In this document: piece by piece, positions 20,810 through 29,527 of the stretch
Layout of the letters: the number at the start of each line of letters is the position of its first letter
Position numbering within the stretch: position 1 is the first letter of the stretch
DNA from: an uncultured virus (IMG/VR IMGVR_UViG_3300043446_002035)
Taxonomy: Duplodnaviria > Heunggongvirae > Uroviricota > Caudoviricetes
Direction: 5' to 3' (one strand)
Length of the DNA stretch: 64,000 nucleotides
Virus record (IMG/VR): IMGVR_UViG_3300043446_002035
Notes under the pieces: generated by a model
Told to the model about the DNA's origin: nothing
Databases searched by the model: none
The model's input: only the letters and a program-made list of their open reading frames with translations
Made by a program: the position numbers and the translations under genes

Positions 20810-21100
20810 ATGATTCAAAAAGTCCGTTCACCTCTCATTGGAACAACAAATATTACGGGCAACTTAATTGCTGGTGGTGCTGTTGCTAGTAATAATATTG
20901 TTGTTTCTACAATTACTGGCAACTTGATTGCTAGTGGTGCTGTATCTGGTAATAACATTACGACAAATGCCATTCGTGGTAATAATATTGTCGCCGGCAC
21001 AATTACAGGTAATTTAATCGCTAACAATGCTGTTTCTGGAAACAATATAGTATCACCTCCTGACATCTTTGATGATGTTTTCTTATTTGGAGGTATGTAA
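20810..21100 (+). CDS. Short fibre stalk-like repeat protein
   Basis: Almost entirely ITGNLIA/GNNIV repeats; C-terminus NNIVSPPDIFDDVFLFGGM nearly identical to 707..1375. Confidence 0.7.
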   Translation: MIQKVRSPLIGTTNITGNLIAGGAVASNNIVVSTITGNLIASGAVSGNNITTNAIRGNNIVAGTITGNLIANNAVSGNNIVSPPDIFDDVFLFGGM

Positions 21101-21101
21101 T

Positions 21102-21839
21102 ATGCCAGAACAAAAAGTAGAATCGGGTCGTATAGCAGATGGTGCAATTCTTGGAAATAAAATTGCAACAAACGCCGTTCGTGGCAACAATATTGTTGCT
21201 GGTACAATTACTGGTAACTTGATTGCACCACAAACAATTACTGGTGATGACTTAGCCGATAACATTATTCGTGGTAATAATATTGTTGCTGGTACAATTA
21301 CTGGTAACTTGATTGCACCACAAACAATTACTGGTGATGATTTGGCGCCCAACAGTGTTCGTGCTAATAATATCGTAGCAGGTCAGGTCGCAGGTAATAC
21401 TCTTGCTGCAAATTTACAAATATCTTTGACACAAGTATTTGAAAGCGCCAATGTTTTCACAACAGCGGTTGGTGGCAATGTAAATATTGATTTACAAAAT
21501 AATACAGTATATTTCTTTTCTTCAAATACTACTGCAAATGTAACTTTCAATCTAAGAGCAAATACACAAAATACTTTAGATTCACAATTGTCTATAGGAC
21601 AATCAGTCACCACGGCAATTTTGTTGAAACAAGGTGCGACAAGATATCGTGCAAATGTATATGTTGATGGTGTGTTACAAGTTCCTTTTTATTTGGGCAA
21701 TTCTGCACCATCTTTTGCAACAACGCAACAAGAATCTGTTGATGTATATTCTTTTAATATTATAAAAACGGCAGCAAATACATATACTATATTAGCAGCA
21801 AACTCTAATTTTCAAAAAGCAATAAACCAAAACCCATAA
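21102..21839 (+). CDS. Fibre stalk-like repeat protein with C-terminal domain
   Basis: ATG at 21102 behind GGAGG; RGNNIVAGTITGNLIA repeats; C-terminal domain paralogous to 20165..20809. Confidence 0.65.
   Translation: MPEQKVESGRIADGAILGNKIATNAVRGNNIVAGTITGNLIAPQTITGDDLADNIIRGNNIVAGTITGNLIAPQTITGDDLAPNSVRANNIVAGQVAGNTLAANLQISLTQVFESANVFTTAVGGNVNIDLQNNTVYFFSSNTTANVTFNLRANTQNTLDSQLSIGQSVTTAILLKQGATRYRANVYVDGVLQVPFYLGNSAPSFATTQQESVDVYSFNIIKTAANTYTILAANSNFQKAINQNP
21189..21340 (+). repeat. 62-bp exact direct repeat, 90-bp period
   Basis: aatattgttgctggtacaattactggtaacttgattgcaccacaaacaattactggtgatga at 21189-21250 and 21279-21340. Confidence 0.9.
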
Positions 21840-21843
21840 CATC

Positions 21844-22794
21844 ATGACTATTTCAACTAGACAACAATTTAAAGATTATTGCTTACGCCGACTTGGTTGG
21901 CCAGTTATTGAAATTAACGTTGATGATGATCAAGTAGATGATCGTATTGATGATGCATTAAATTTTTGGCGTGATTATCATTTTGATGGAACAGAAAAAC
22001 TGTTCATGAAACATCAAATTACACAAGAAGATATTAATCGTAAGTGGATTTACTGTCCTGATGCTGTGCAATTTGTCACTGGTATTTTTCCATTTGATCA
22101 ATCTAATGCGTCAATCAACATGTTTGATTTGCGTTATCAGTTACGTCTGCACGATTTATATGACTTTACTTCGGTATCATATGTGTCCTATGAAATCACA
22201 ATGCAGCATCTACGTACATTGAATTTGCTATTTTCTGGTACACCACAGTTTAGATTCAATCGTCATCAAAATAAAGTGTTTCTTGACATTGATTGGACAA
22301 GAGATGTGCAACCTGGTGATTGGGTTGTCGTTGAGTGTTATCGTACAATTCGACCAGAGACAGTTGTATTGACAGGTACAGTTACAGGTTCACCATCTTC
22401 AAATACCATTACTGGATATGGCACAAAATTTGATCAAGAAATTGTACCGTTTGACTTCATTACTATTGGCACAGAATCAAAACAAGTTGGTAATATTGAA
22501 TCTCCTACAAGTTTAACATTAGTAGGACCACCAACGCTGACACATAACAATTCGGCAATTCAAATTGAAGGTACCACTGATGTATGGAATGACCGTTTTC
22601 TGAAACAATTAGCCACAGCAAAAATCAAACAACAGTGGGGCAATAACCTTAAAAAGTTTGAAGGTATTCAAATGCCAGGTGGTGTAACACTCAATGGTCA
22701 AAAGATTTATGATGAAGCAACAGAAGAAATTAAAGAGATGGAAGAACAAATCTACATGATGGGTTCTCTACCATCAGAAATCTTTACTGGATAA
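21844..22794 (+). CDS. gp13: Neck protein gp13
   Basis: YCLRRLGWPVIEINVDDDQ..DRIDDAL, KQQWGNNL.KF.G.QMPGGVTLNG; synteny. Confidence 0.92.
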   Translation: MTISTRQQFKDYCLRRLGWPVIEINVDDDQVDDRIDDALNFWRDYHFDGTEKLFMKHQITQEDINRKWIYCPDAVQFVTGIFPFDQSNASINMFDLRYQLRLHDLYDFTSVSYVSYEITMQHLRTLNLLFSGTPQFRFNRHQNKVFLDIDWTRDVQPGDWVVVECYRTIRPETVVLTGTVTGSPSSNTITGYGTKFDQEIVPFDFITIGTESKQVGNIESPTSLTLVGPPTLTHNNSAIQIEGTTDVWNDRFLKQLATAKIKQQWGNNLKKFEGIQMPGGVTLNGQKIYDEATEEIKEMEEQIYMMGSLPSEIFTG

Positions 22795-23696
22795 TGGCTA
22801 CAAATTTCTATTTCAATAATTTTCCAAGCAGACTTGCAGATGCTCCGATTACTCCTGAGCAACTGCTGGTTGAAGACTTGGTAATTGAAGCACTTAAAAT
22901 TTATGGGCTAGATGTCTATTATTTGCCACGCACAACACGTGACCAGGTAGATTACCTTTTTGGTGAAGATCCACTCAAACAATATTTGACCGCACATGCC
23001 ATTGAGATGTACCTTGAAAATGTTTCGGGGTTTGATGGTGAACAAGATTTTATATCTAAATTTGGCTTAGAAATTCGTGATGAAGTCACTATGCTTATAT
23101 CACGACTAAGATTTAGATATACAGTTAATGGCTACACAAGACCACGTGAAGGTGATTTAGTTTATGTGCCAATGACCACAAGTTTTTTTGAAATTACTAG
23201 TGTGGAATCTGAAAACGATCAAGCAATGTTTTATACATTAGGCCGTGGTCGTGGTGGTAATGTATATGTCTATGCTTTAAGAATGAAACAGTTTTACTTT
23301 TCCAATGAAATTATTGAAACAGGTATCGCAGAAATTGATAATAGTATTCGTAATTACTACCCAAGACTACGTATTTCTTTAGGTTCAGGTTCAGGTAAAT
23401 TTGTAAATGATGAGATTGTGTATCAAGGTTCAAACGTTTCTTCAGCAACAGCACAAGCGTTGGTTTATGATTTTCAACCAAATTCATATATTGATGTTTA
23501 TCGTATGCAAGGTGACTTTACAGCGTCAGCCAATGTAAAAGGTAATACAAGTTCTGCACAGTGGACAGTTACACTTGCATCGGATGCACCAGTTCAAAAC
23601 ACAGCATTTGAAGACATCATTGACAATGCACGTATTGAAGCAGCAAGTGATGGTATCATTGACTTTACGGAAGTTAATCCGTTTGGAGAACCGTAA
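22794..23696 (+). CDS. gp14: Neck/head-closure protein gp14
   Basis: EQLLVEDLVIE..KIYG.DVYYLPR, SKFGLEIRDE, RPREGDL, DFTEVNPFG. Confidence 0.92.
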   Translation: MATNFYFNNFPSRLADAPITPEQLLVEDLVIEALKIYGLDVYYLPRTTRDQVDYLFGEDPLKQYLTAHAIEMYLENVSGFDGEQDFISKFGLEIRDEVTMLISRLRFRYTVNGYTRPREGDLVYVPMTTSFFEITSVESENDQAMFYTLGRGRGGNVYVYALRMKQFYFSNEIIETGIAEIDNSIRNYYPRLRISLGSGSGKFVNDEIVYQGSNVSSATAQALVYDFQPNSYIDVYRMQGDFTASANVKGNTSSAQWTVTLASDAPVQNTAFEDIIDNARIEAASDGIIDFTEVNPFGEP

Positions 23697-24694
23697 TGTT
23701 AGGTAATGCACAATTTTATCATCGCACCATTCGTAAAATGGTTGTTGTGTTTGGCACAATGTTTAATGATCTTGAGATTGTTCGTTATACACAATCAGGT
23801 TCACCAAAAGAAAAACTTAAAGTGCCGTTGTCGTATGGACCCAAAGAAAGATATTTGACACAGATTACTTCTGATCCGAATCTTATTAAGTCAGTCAATT
23901 CTGTGATACCAAGAATGTCATTTAATCTTGACAGTCTTGAATATGATTCCAGCCGTAAACAGATTTCTACATTACAGAACTTTGCAGCAGCAACAAATAC
24001 TGGTGTAGCGACACAATATCTTCCTGTGCCTTACAATTTTGAATTTAGTTTATCAATATATGTTCGTAATACAGAAGACGGCACACAAATACTAGAACAA
24101 ATTTTGCCGTTTTTTACGCCAGACTTTAGTGTTGTGGTAGATTTTATACCTGCAATGAATCAAAAATATACTGTACCAATCATACTCAACTCTGTTGCAT
24201 CTACAGTTGAATATGAAGGTGGTATGTCTGACGGCACAACAAGAATTATTGTATGGGATTTGACGTTTACTGCTAAAAGTTTCATCTGGCCACCAGTCAA
24301 ATCTGGCAAGATTATTAATCAGGCAAATACAAATGTCAATATCGACCTTACATCTAAGTTGATACAAAAAGTCTATGTTGATTATGCCAATGGTAATAAT
24401 GTATATACCACTGGTGAAACAATTCGTGACACTGCTAATGGATTCTTTGGTACAGTGGAATACTTCAGTAATACTTCACTTGGTACACTTGTTATCACAG
24501 GTGGCAATGAGTACATTAAACCAGGATATACATTAATTGGTGATTACTCAGGTGCAAAATACAATGTGGCCACACTTGATGTAACATCAATCAATGCCGC
24601 TGCGGTAATCACTGAACCCACACCGACAACTGCTGCACCACCCGCTGATTTTGGATTTACCGAAACAATTAAAGAATGGCCAGATACATTATGA
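23696..24694 (+). CDS. gp15: Tail sheath stabilizer / tail terminator gp15
   Basis: FYHRTIRK.VV.FGT.FND, VPLSYGPK, PRMSF, QILEQILPFF.P. Confidence 0.92.
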   Translation: MLGNAQFYHRTIRKMVVVFGTMFNDLEIVRYTQSGSPKEKLKVPLSYGPKERYLTQITSDPNLIKSVNSVIPRMSFNLDSLEYDSSRKQISTLQNFAAATNTGVATQYLPVPYNFEFSLSIYVRNTEDGTQILEQILPFFTPDFSVVVDFIPAMNQKYTVPIILNSVASTVEYEGGMSDGTTRIIVWDLTFTAKSFIWPPVKSGKIINQANTNVNIDLTSKLIQKVYVDYANGNNVYTTGETIRDTANGFFGTVEYFSNTSLGTLVITGGNEYIKPGYTLIGDYSGAKYNVATLDVTSINAAAVITEPTPTTAAPPADFGFTETIKEWPDTL

Positions 24695-25092
24695 AAAAAC
24701 TAAACAAAAACTTGTCAGAGATTTTTGATGTTGAGCCTATTGAAGAAAAAACAATAGAAACATTGCCTGTTATTGTGGAGGATTCTACTAATCAAATCGA
24801 TTCTGATGCTGAATTTGCTCGTACCAATATGCGTTCATTAATTGATAATGGTAACCGAGCATTGTCTGAACTGGCATCCGTAGCGAATCAGTCAGAATCA
24901 CCAAGAGCATATGAAGTCTTAGCCACAATGATGAAAAATCTGGCTGAGATGAATAAAGATTTATTAGAACTTCAGAAGCGTAAAAAAGAACTTGCACCTC
25001 AATCAGAATCTAGTAAAAGTGTCAGTATAGATAAAGCAGTATTTGTTGGAAGTACAAACGAGTTACTTAAAATGATTAAAGGAAATAAATAA
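24691..25092 (+). CDS. gp16: Terminase small subunit gp16
   Basis: D.EFAR.N, SESPRAYEV, VFVGSTNEL; ATG at 24691 overlaps the gp15 stop. Confidence 0.9.
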   Translation: MKKLNKNLSEIFDVEPIEEKTIETLPVIVEDSTNQIDSDAEFARTNMRSLIDNGNRALSELASVANQSESPRAYEVLATMMKNLAEMNKDLLELQKRKKELAPQSESSKSVSIDKAVFVGSTNELLKMIKGNK

Positions 25093-25096
25093 AATT

Positions 25097-25531
25097 ATGG
25101 AACAACTAATCGAACAAATGAAAGTTATCTTGGGTACAAATTTTGGTTTGTATTTTAAAGCACACACCTTTCATTGGAATGTAGAAGGTCCAGACTTTGC
25201 ACAGTATCATGGTTTCTTAGGAGACTTTTATGAATCTGTGTTTGAACAGACCGATTCAATTGCTGAACACATTCGTGCGTTAGGTTCGTATGCACCAACA
25301 ACACTTGCACGAATGATGGAACTGTCAAAAGTGCAAGACATCGTTGCTATACCTTCACCACTTATTATGATGTCTGAATTAGCACAAGACAACGATAAAT
25401 ACATCATGGAACTTCGTACTGGTATTGCAATTGCTGATGCCGCAGACGAACCTGCTGTAGGTAATTTCTTACAAGACATTTTAGACGCTCATCAAAAACA
25501 TGGCTGGATGTTGAAAAGTTTCACACGATAA
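25097..25531 (+). CDS. dps: Dps-family ferritin-like DNA protection protein
   Basis: KAHTFHWNVEGPDF..YH..L...YE......D.IAEHIRALG ferroxidase signature; C-terminal H.KH.WML. Confidence 0.92.
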   Translation: MEQLIEQMKVILGTNFGLYFKAHTFHWNVEGPDFAQYHGFLGDFYESVFEQTDSIAEHIRALGSYAPTTLARMMELSKVQDIVAIPSPLIMMSELAQDNDKYIMELRTGIAIADAADEPAVGNFLQDILDAHQKHGWMLKSFTR

Positions 25532-25534
25532 ATT

Positions 25535-27166
25535 ATGGATGACGGCTATCTTGGAAATTCCAGGCTCAAGAGGGTCGGCGTTGAAATATCCTATACTGAA
25601 GAACAACTCAAAGAGATTGTAAAATGTACTGAAGACCCAGTATATTTTATTCGCACTTACGTTAAGATTGTCAACGTCGATAAAGGTCTTGTGCCTTTTG
25701 ACATGTGGCCATTTCAAGAAGAAATGGTCACTCAGTTTCACAATAATCGTTTTGTTATTGCAAAAATGCCACGACAGGTTGGTAAAACTACCACGACTGT
25801 TGGTTACATGCTTTGGTCTGCACTGTTCAATGAAGAGTTTGTAATTGGTATTCTTGCTAACAAACTCCAACTTGCTCAAGATATTCTTGCCAAAATACAA
25901 AAAGCCTATGAGTATCTACCCATGTGGCTTCAGCAAGGTATCATCAACTGGAACAAACGATCTATTGAATTGGAAAACGGTTCAAAGATTTATGCGTATG
26001 CAACATCAGCAGCCGGTGTTCGTGGTGGTTCATACAATCTAATCTTTCTTGACGAATTTGCTTTCGTACCGCACAACATGGCGGTAGACTTCTTTACCTC
26101 TACTTACCCAGTTATCTCTTCCGGTAAAACATCTAAAGTAATTATTGTTTCTACACCGAACGGTCTGAATCTGTTCTACAAGATGTGGACAGATGCTATT
26201 GAAAAACGTTCGACATACAAAACACTTGAGATTCACTGGTCAATGGTGCCTGGTCGTGACGAAAAGTGGAAAGAAGAAACGATACGAAACACTTCTGAAG
26301 AGCAGTTTCGTCAAGAATTTGAGACAGAATTTATCGGTTCTTCAGCAACACTCATCTCAGGTTCTAAGCTGCGTTCACTAGCATTTCATGACCCAATACG
26401 AATTGAAGATGATGGAAATCTCTTTGTGTATGAAGATCCACGACCAGGTCGTATCTACATTGCTACCGTGGACTGTGCAGAGGGTGTAGCATTAGACTAT
26501 CATACAGTCAACATTATTGATGCCACTGAGGCACCGTACAAACAAGTTGCACGATATCGTAATAATAAATTGCCGTTACTATTTTTTCCAACGGTAGTTT
26601 ATGCTTTAGCCAATCGTTATAATCAAGCCTATGTGCTGATTGAAACAAACAATGTAGGTCAACAAGTGGTGGATATTTTACACTATGACCTAGAATATGA
26701 AAACATCTACAAGTTAGAACACCATCATATCAAAGGTCAAAGCATCTCTGCTGGCTTCAAAAGGTCAGTGGCCTTTGGTGTAAAGACAACAAAATCAGTC
26801 AAGAAAATTGGATGTGCTAACCTCAAAACATTGATTGAAAATGACAAACTCATTATCAATGACTTTGATACCATTGCTGAACTGAACACTTTTGTTCGTA
26901 AAAAAGACTCATATTCTGCCGAAGAAGGCAACAATGACGATATTGTGATGGGTCTGGTGCTTTATGCGTGGCTGACAGCACAGACTTTCTTTAAAGATGA
27001 AACAAGAATCGACATACGAAAGATCATGCTGGAAGAACAGAATTTACTAGGTGAAGAAAGTATGCTGCCGTTTGGCTTTATTGAGGATGGTCTGCGTAGA
27101 GAGGTGGAAGTAGAAGATGGTGACATGTGGGAGCCACCGGCGGGTTATTTATCATCAAGTTTATAA
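25535..27166 (+). CDS. gp17: Terminase large subunit gp17
   Basis: Walker A PRQVGKTT, Walker B IFLDEFAF, STPNG, nuclease D...DD motifs. Confidence 0.96.
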   Translation: MDDGYLGNSRLKRVGVEISYTEEQLKEIVKCTEDPVYFIRTYVKIVNVDKGLVPFDMWPFQEEMVTQFHNNRFVIAKMPRQVGKTTTTVGYMLWSALFNEEFVIGILANKLQLAQDILAKIQKAYEYLPMWLQQGIINWNKRSIELENGSKIYAYATSAAGVRGGSYNLIFLDEFAFVPHNMAVDFFTSTYPVISSGKTSKVIIVSTPNGLNLFYKMWTDAIEKRSTYKTLEIHWSMVPGRDEKWKEETIRNTSEEQFRQEFETEFIGSSATLISGSKLRSLAFHDPIRIEDDGNLFVYEDPRPGRIYIATVDCAEGVALDYHTVNIIDATEAPYKQVARYRNNKLPLLFFPTVVYALANRYNQAYVLIETNNVGQQVVDILHYDLEYENIYKLEHHHIKGQSISAGFKRSVAFGVKTTKSVKKIGCANLKTLIENDKLIINDFDTIAELNTFVRKKDSYSAEEGNNDDIVMGLVLYAWLTAQTFFKDETRIDIRKIMLEEQNLLGEESMLPFGFIEDGLRREVEVEDGDMWEPPAGYLSSSL

Positions 27167-27169
27167 AAA

Positions 27170-27177
27170 ACTAAATA
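27170..27177 (+). promoter_or_regulatory. Putative late promoter (ACTAAATA) for gp18
   Basis: TAAATA core immediately after the gp17 stop. Confidence 0.6.
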
Positions 27178-27221
27178 GACAATAAAAAGAATATTGACCC
27201 AACAATAAAAGGAGAAATCCA

Positions 27222-28913
27222 ATGGCATTTCAATTATCACCTGGAGTGAATGTATCAGAGATTGATCTGACTACAGTTATTCCTTCAGTTGCCACTTCTA
27301 CTGGCGCTTTTGTAGGACCTTTTAATTGGGGACCAATCGGTGTTGTAACAACTATTTCCGATGAAGTTCGTCTAGTGAACTCATTCGGTAAACCAGATAG
27401 CAATAATTATGAATATTGGTTCTCTGCTGCGAACTTTCTAGCATACGGAAACAATCTTAAAGTCGTTCGTACTCAAGGTTCAGGCGCTCTAAATGCTACA
27501 GCAAACGGCACTGGTGTGCTGATTAAAAACGAAGACGATTATGTTGATAATCACACCGGTTATGCTGCTGGTTCATTTGGTAATACCGGTGGTTGGGCTG
27601 CACGTTATGCAGGCGAACTAGGTAACAGCATTCTTGTTTCGATGGCTGATGCTAACACATATAACGTATGGGCATACAGAGCCCAGTTCAGCGCAACTCC
27701 AAACACATCTTCATACGTTGCAAGCCGTGGCGGTGCTAACGATGAAGTACACATCGTTGTTGTTGATGAAGATGGTTTGTGGACAGGTGCAGCAGGTACA
27801 ATTCTGGAAAAATACGCATTCGTTTCTAAAGCATCTGACGCTAAAGATGACAGCGGCAATTCAAACTACTACAAAGATGTTATTAAAAATAAGTCACAGT
27901 ATGTTTGGTCCTTGTCACACCCAACAAACCTAGGTTCTGGTACTGCTTGGGGTTCTACAGCAAACGTAAGTGCATTTAAACTTCTGACAAGCAACTCATC
28001 TAACTCACTATCTGCTGGTGCTGTTGGCACAAGTGGTACAGCAAACGTCACATCTGGATGGGATCAGTTCAAGAATGCAGAATCAGTTGATGTTTCTTTG
28101 CTTGTAACTGGTACAGGTAACAGCACAATTGCTTCATATGTTATCAGCAATATTGCTGAATCACGTAAAGACTGCGTAGCATTTATTTCACCAGAAAAAG
28201 CAGACTGTGTTGATAATGCTGGTAACGAAGTAACTGATATTACAGCATTCCGTAATGGTCTAACATCATCTTCATACTCAGTGCTGGATTCTGGTTATAA
28301 GTATCAGTATGACAAATACTCTGATACATATCGTTGGATTCCTCTGAATGGTGACATTGCTGGTCTGTGTGTTCGTACAGACTACGAACGTGATCCATGG
28401 TTCTCACCAGGCGGCTTGAATCGTGGTATCATCAAAAATGTAATTAAACTTGCTTGGAACCCAACAAAGACAAATCGTGATGATCTATATCAAGTGGGTG
28501 TAAACCCTGTAGTAAGTTTCCCAGGTGAAGGCACAGTTTTATTTGGTGATAAAACAATGTTGAGCAAGCCAAGTGCATTTGATCGTATCAATGTTCGCCG
28601 TTTGTTCATCGTACTTGAAAAAGCAATCTCACGTGCAGCACGTTTCTCTCTGTTCGAATTCAACGATCAGTTCACACGTGCCCAGTTTGTTGCATTAGTA
28701 GAACCATTCCTGCGTGATGTTCAAGGTCGTCGTGGTATTACTGACTTCCGTGTAGTCTGTGATGATACAAACAACACAGGAGAAATTATTGACCGTAATG
28801 AATTTGTTGGTGACATTTACATTAAACCTGCTCGTTCTATCAACTTCATTCAACTTAACTTTGTTGCAGTTCGTACAGGTGTGAGTTTCAATGAAGTGGT
28901 AGGTGCAGCTTAA
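27222..28913 (+). CDS. gp18: Tail sheath protein gp18
   Basis: SPGVNVSEIDLT, PWFSPGG.NRG, FGDKT, FDRINVRRLF, KPARSINFI. Confidence 0.97.
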   Translation: MAFQLSPGVNVSEIDLTTVIPSVATSTGAFVGPFNWGPIGVVTTISDEVRLVNSFGKPDSNNYEYWFSAANFLAYGNNLKVVRTQGSGALNATANGTGVLIKNEDDYVDNHTGYAAGSFGNTGGWAARYAGELGNSILVSMADANTYNVWAYRAQFSATPNTSSYVASRGGANDEVHIVVVDEDGLWTGAAGTILEKYAFVSKASDAKDDSGNSNYYKDVIKNKSQYVWSLSHPTNLGSGTAWGSTANVSAFKLLTSNSSNSLSAGAVGTSGTANVTSGWDQFKNAESVDVSLLVTGTGNSTIASYVISNIAESRKDCVAFISPEKADCVDNAGNEVTDITAFRNGLTSSSYSVLDSGYKYQYDKYSDTYRWIPLNGDIAGLCVRTDYERDPWFSPGGLNRGIIKNVIKLAWNPTKTNRDDLYQVGVNPVVSFPGEGTVLFGDKTMLSKPSAFDRINVRRLFIVLEKAISRAARFSLFEFNDQFTRAQFVALVEPFLRDVQGRRGITDFRVVCDDTNNTGEIIDRNEFVGDIYIKPARSINFIQLNFVAVRTGVSFNEVVGAA

Positions 28914-28939
28914 ATAAAAGAGAAACAGGAGAAAAATAA

Positions 28940-29485
28940 ATGGCATTTAACGTAAATCAGTTCCGTTCACAACTAACAGGTGACGGTGCCCGCCCAAATC
29001 TATTTGAGGTATCAATGCCGTTTCCTGCGTTCTCACTACCAGGAAACGCACAAACAAAAATGACGTTCATGTGTAAGACAGCACAACTCCCAGGGGCAAC
29101 TCTAGGTGTTGTGCCTGTTCAATACTTTGGGCGTGAATTGAAGTTTGTAGGCAACCGTACTTTTGCTGATTGGACAGTAACAATTATCAACGATGAAGAC
29201 TTTGTTGTACGCAATGCATTCGAACGCTGGATGAATGGCATCAATAGCCACAATCTAAATATTCGTAATCCCGTTGCAGGTACACCATTAGGCTATTCAG
29301 TTGATGGTGAAGTTACACAGTTTGGTAAAGCGGGTAACTCAATCAAAAAATATAAATTTGTTGGTCTATTCCCATCAGACATCACACCAATTGATGTTGA
29401 TTGGGGTTCAAATGATACGATTGAAGAGTTTTCTGTAACGCTAACCTACCAGTGGTGGGAAGCGATTGCAGATGGTGTGGTCTAA
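28940..29485 (+). CDS. gp19: Tail tube protein gp19
   Basis: GARPNLFEV, GNRTFADWTVTIINDEDF, IEEFSVT..YQWW. Confidence 0.96.
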   Translation: MAFNVNQFRSQLTGDGARPNLFEVSMPFPAFSLPGNAQTKMTFMCKTAQLPGATLGVVPVQYFGRELKFVGNRTFADWTVTIINDEDFVVRNAFERWMNGINSHNLNIRNPVAGTPLGYSVDGEVTQFGKAGNSIKKYKFVGLFPSDITPIDVDWGSNDTIEEFSVTLTYQWWEAIADGVV

Positions 29486-29486
29486 G

Positions 29487-29509
29487 AGTAGGGCATTTGC
29501 CCTACTTTT
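29487..29509 (+). terminator. Intrinsic terminator after gp19
   Basis: agtagggc-attt-gccctact then T-run. Confidence 0.75.
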
Positions 29510-29527
29510 ATTACAGGATGATATTTA

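Noticed and set aside
707..21839. Repeats as CRISPR array or diversity-generating retroelement
   Set aside because: Repeats are in-frame coding units without unique spacers; the duplicated tail differs mainly at synonymous sites, not specifically at adenines; no cas or reverse transcriptase gene in the window
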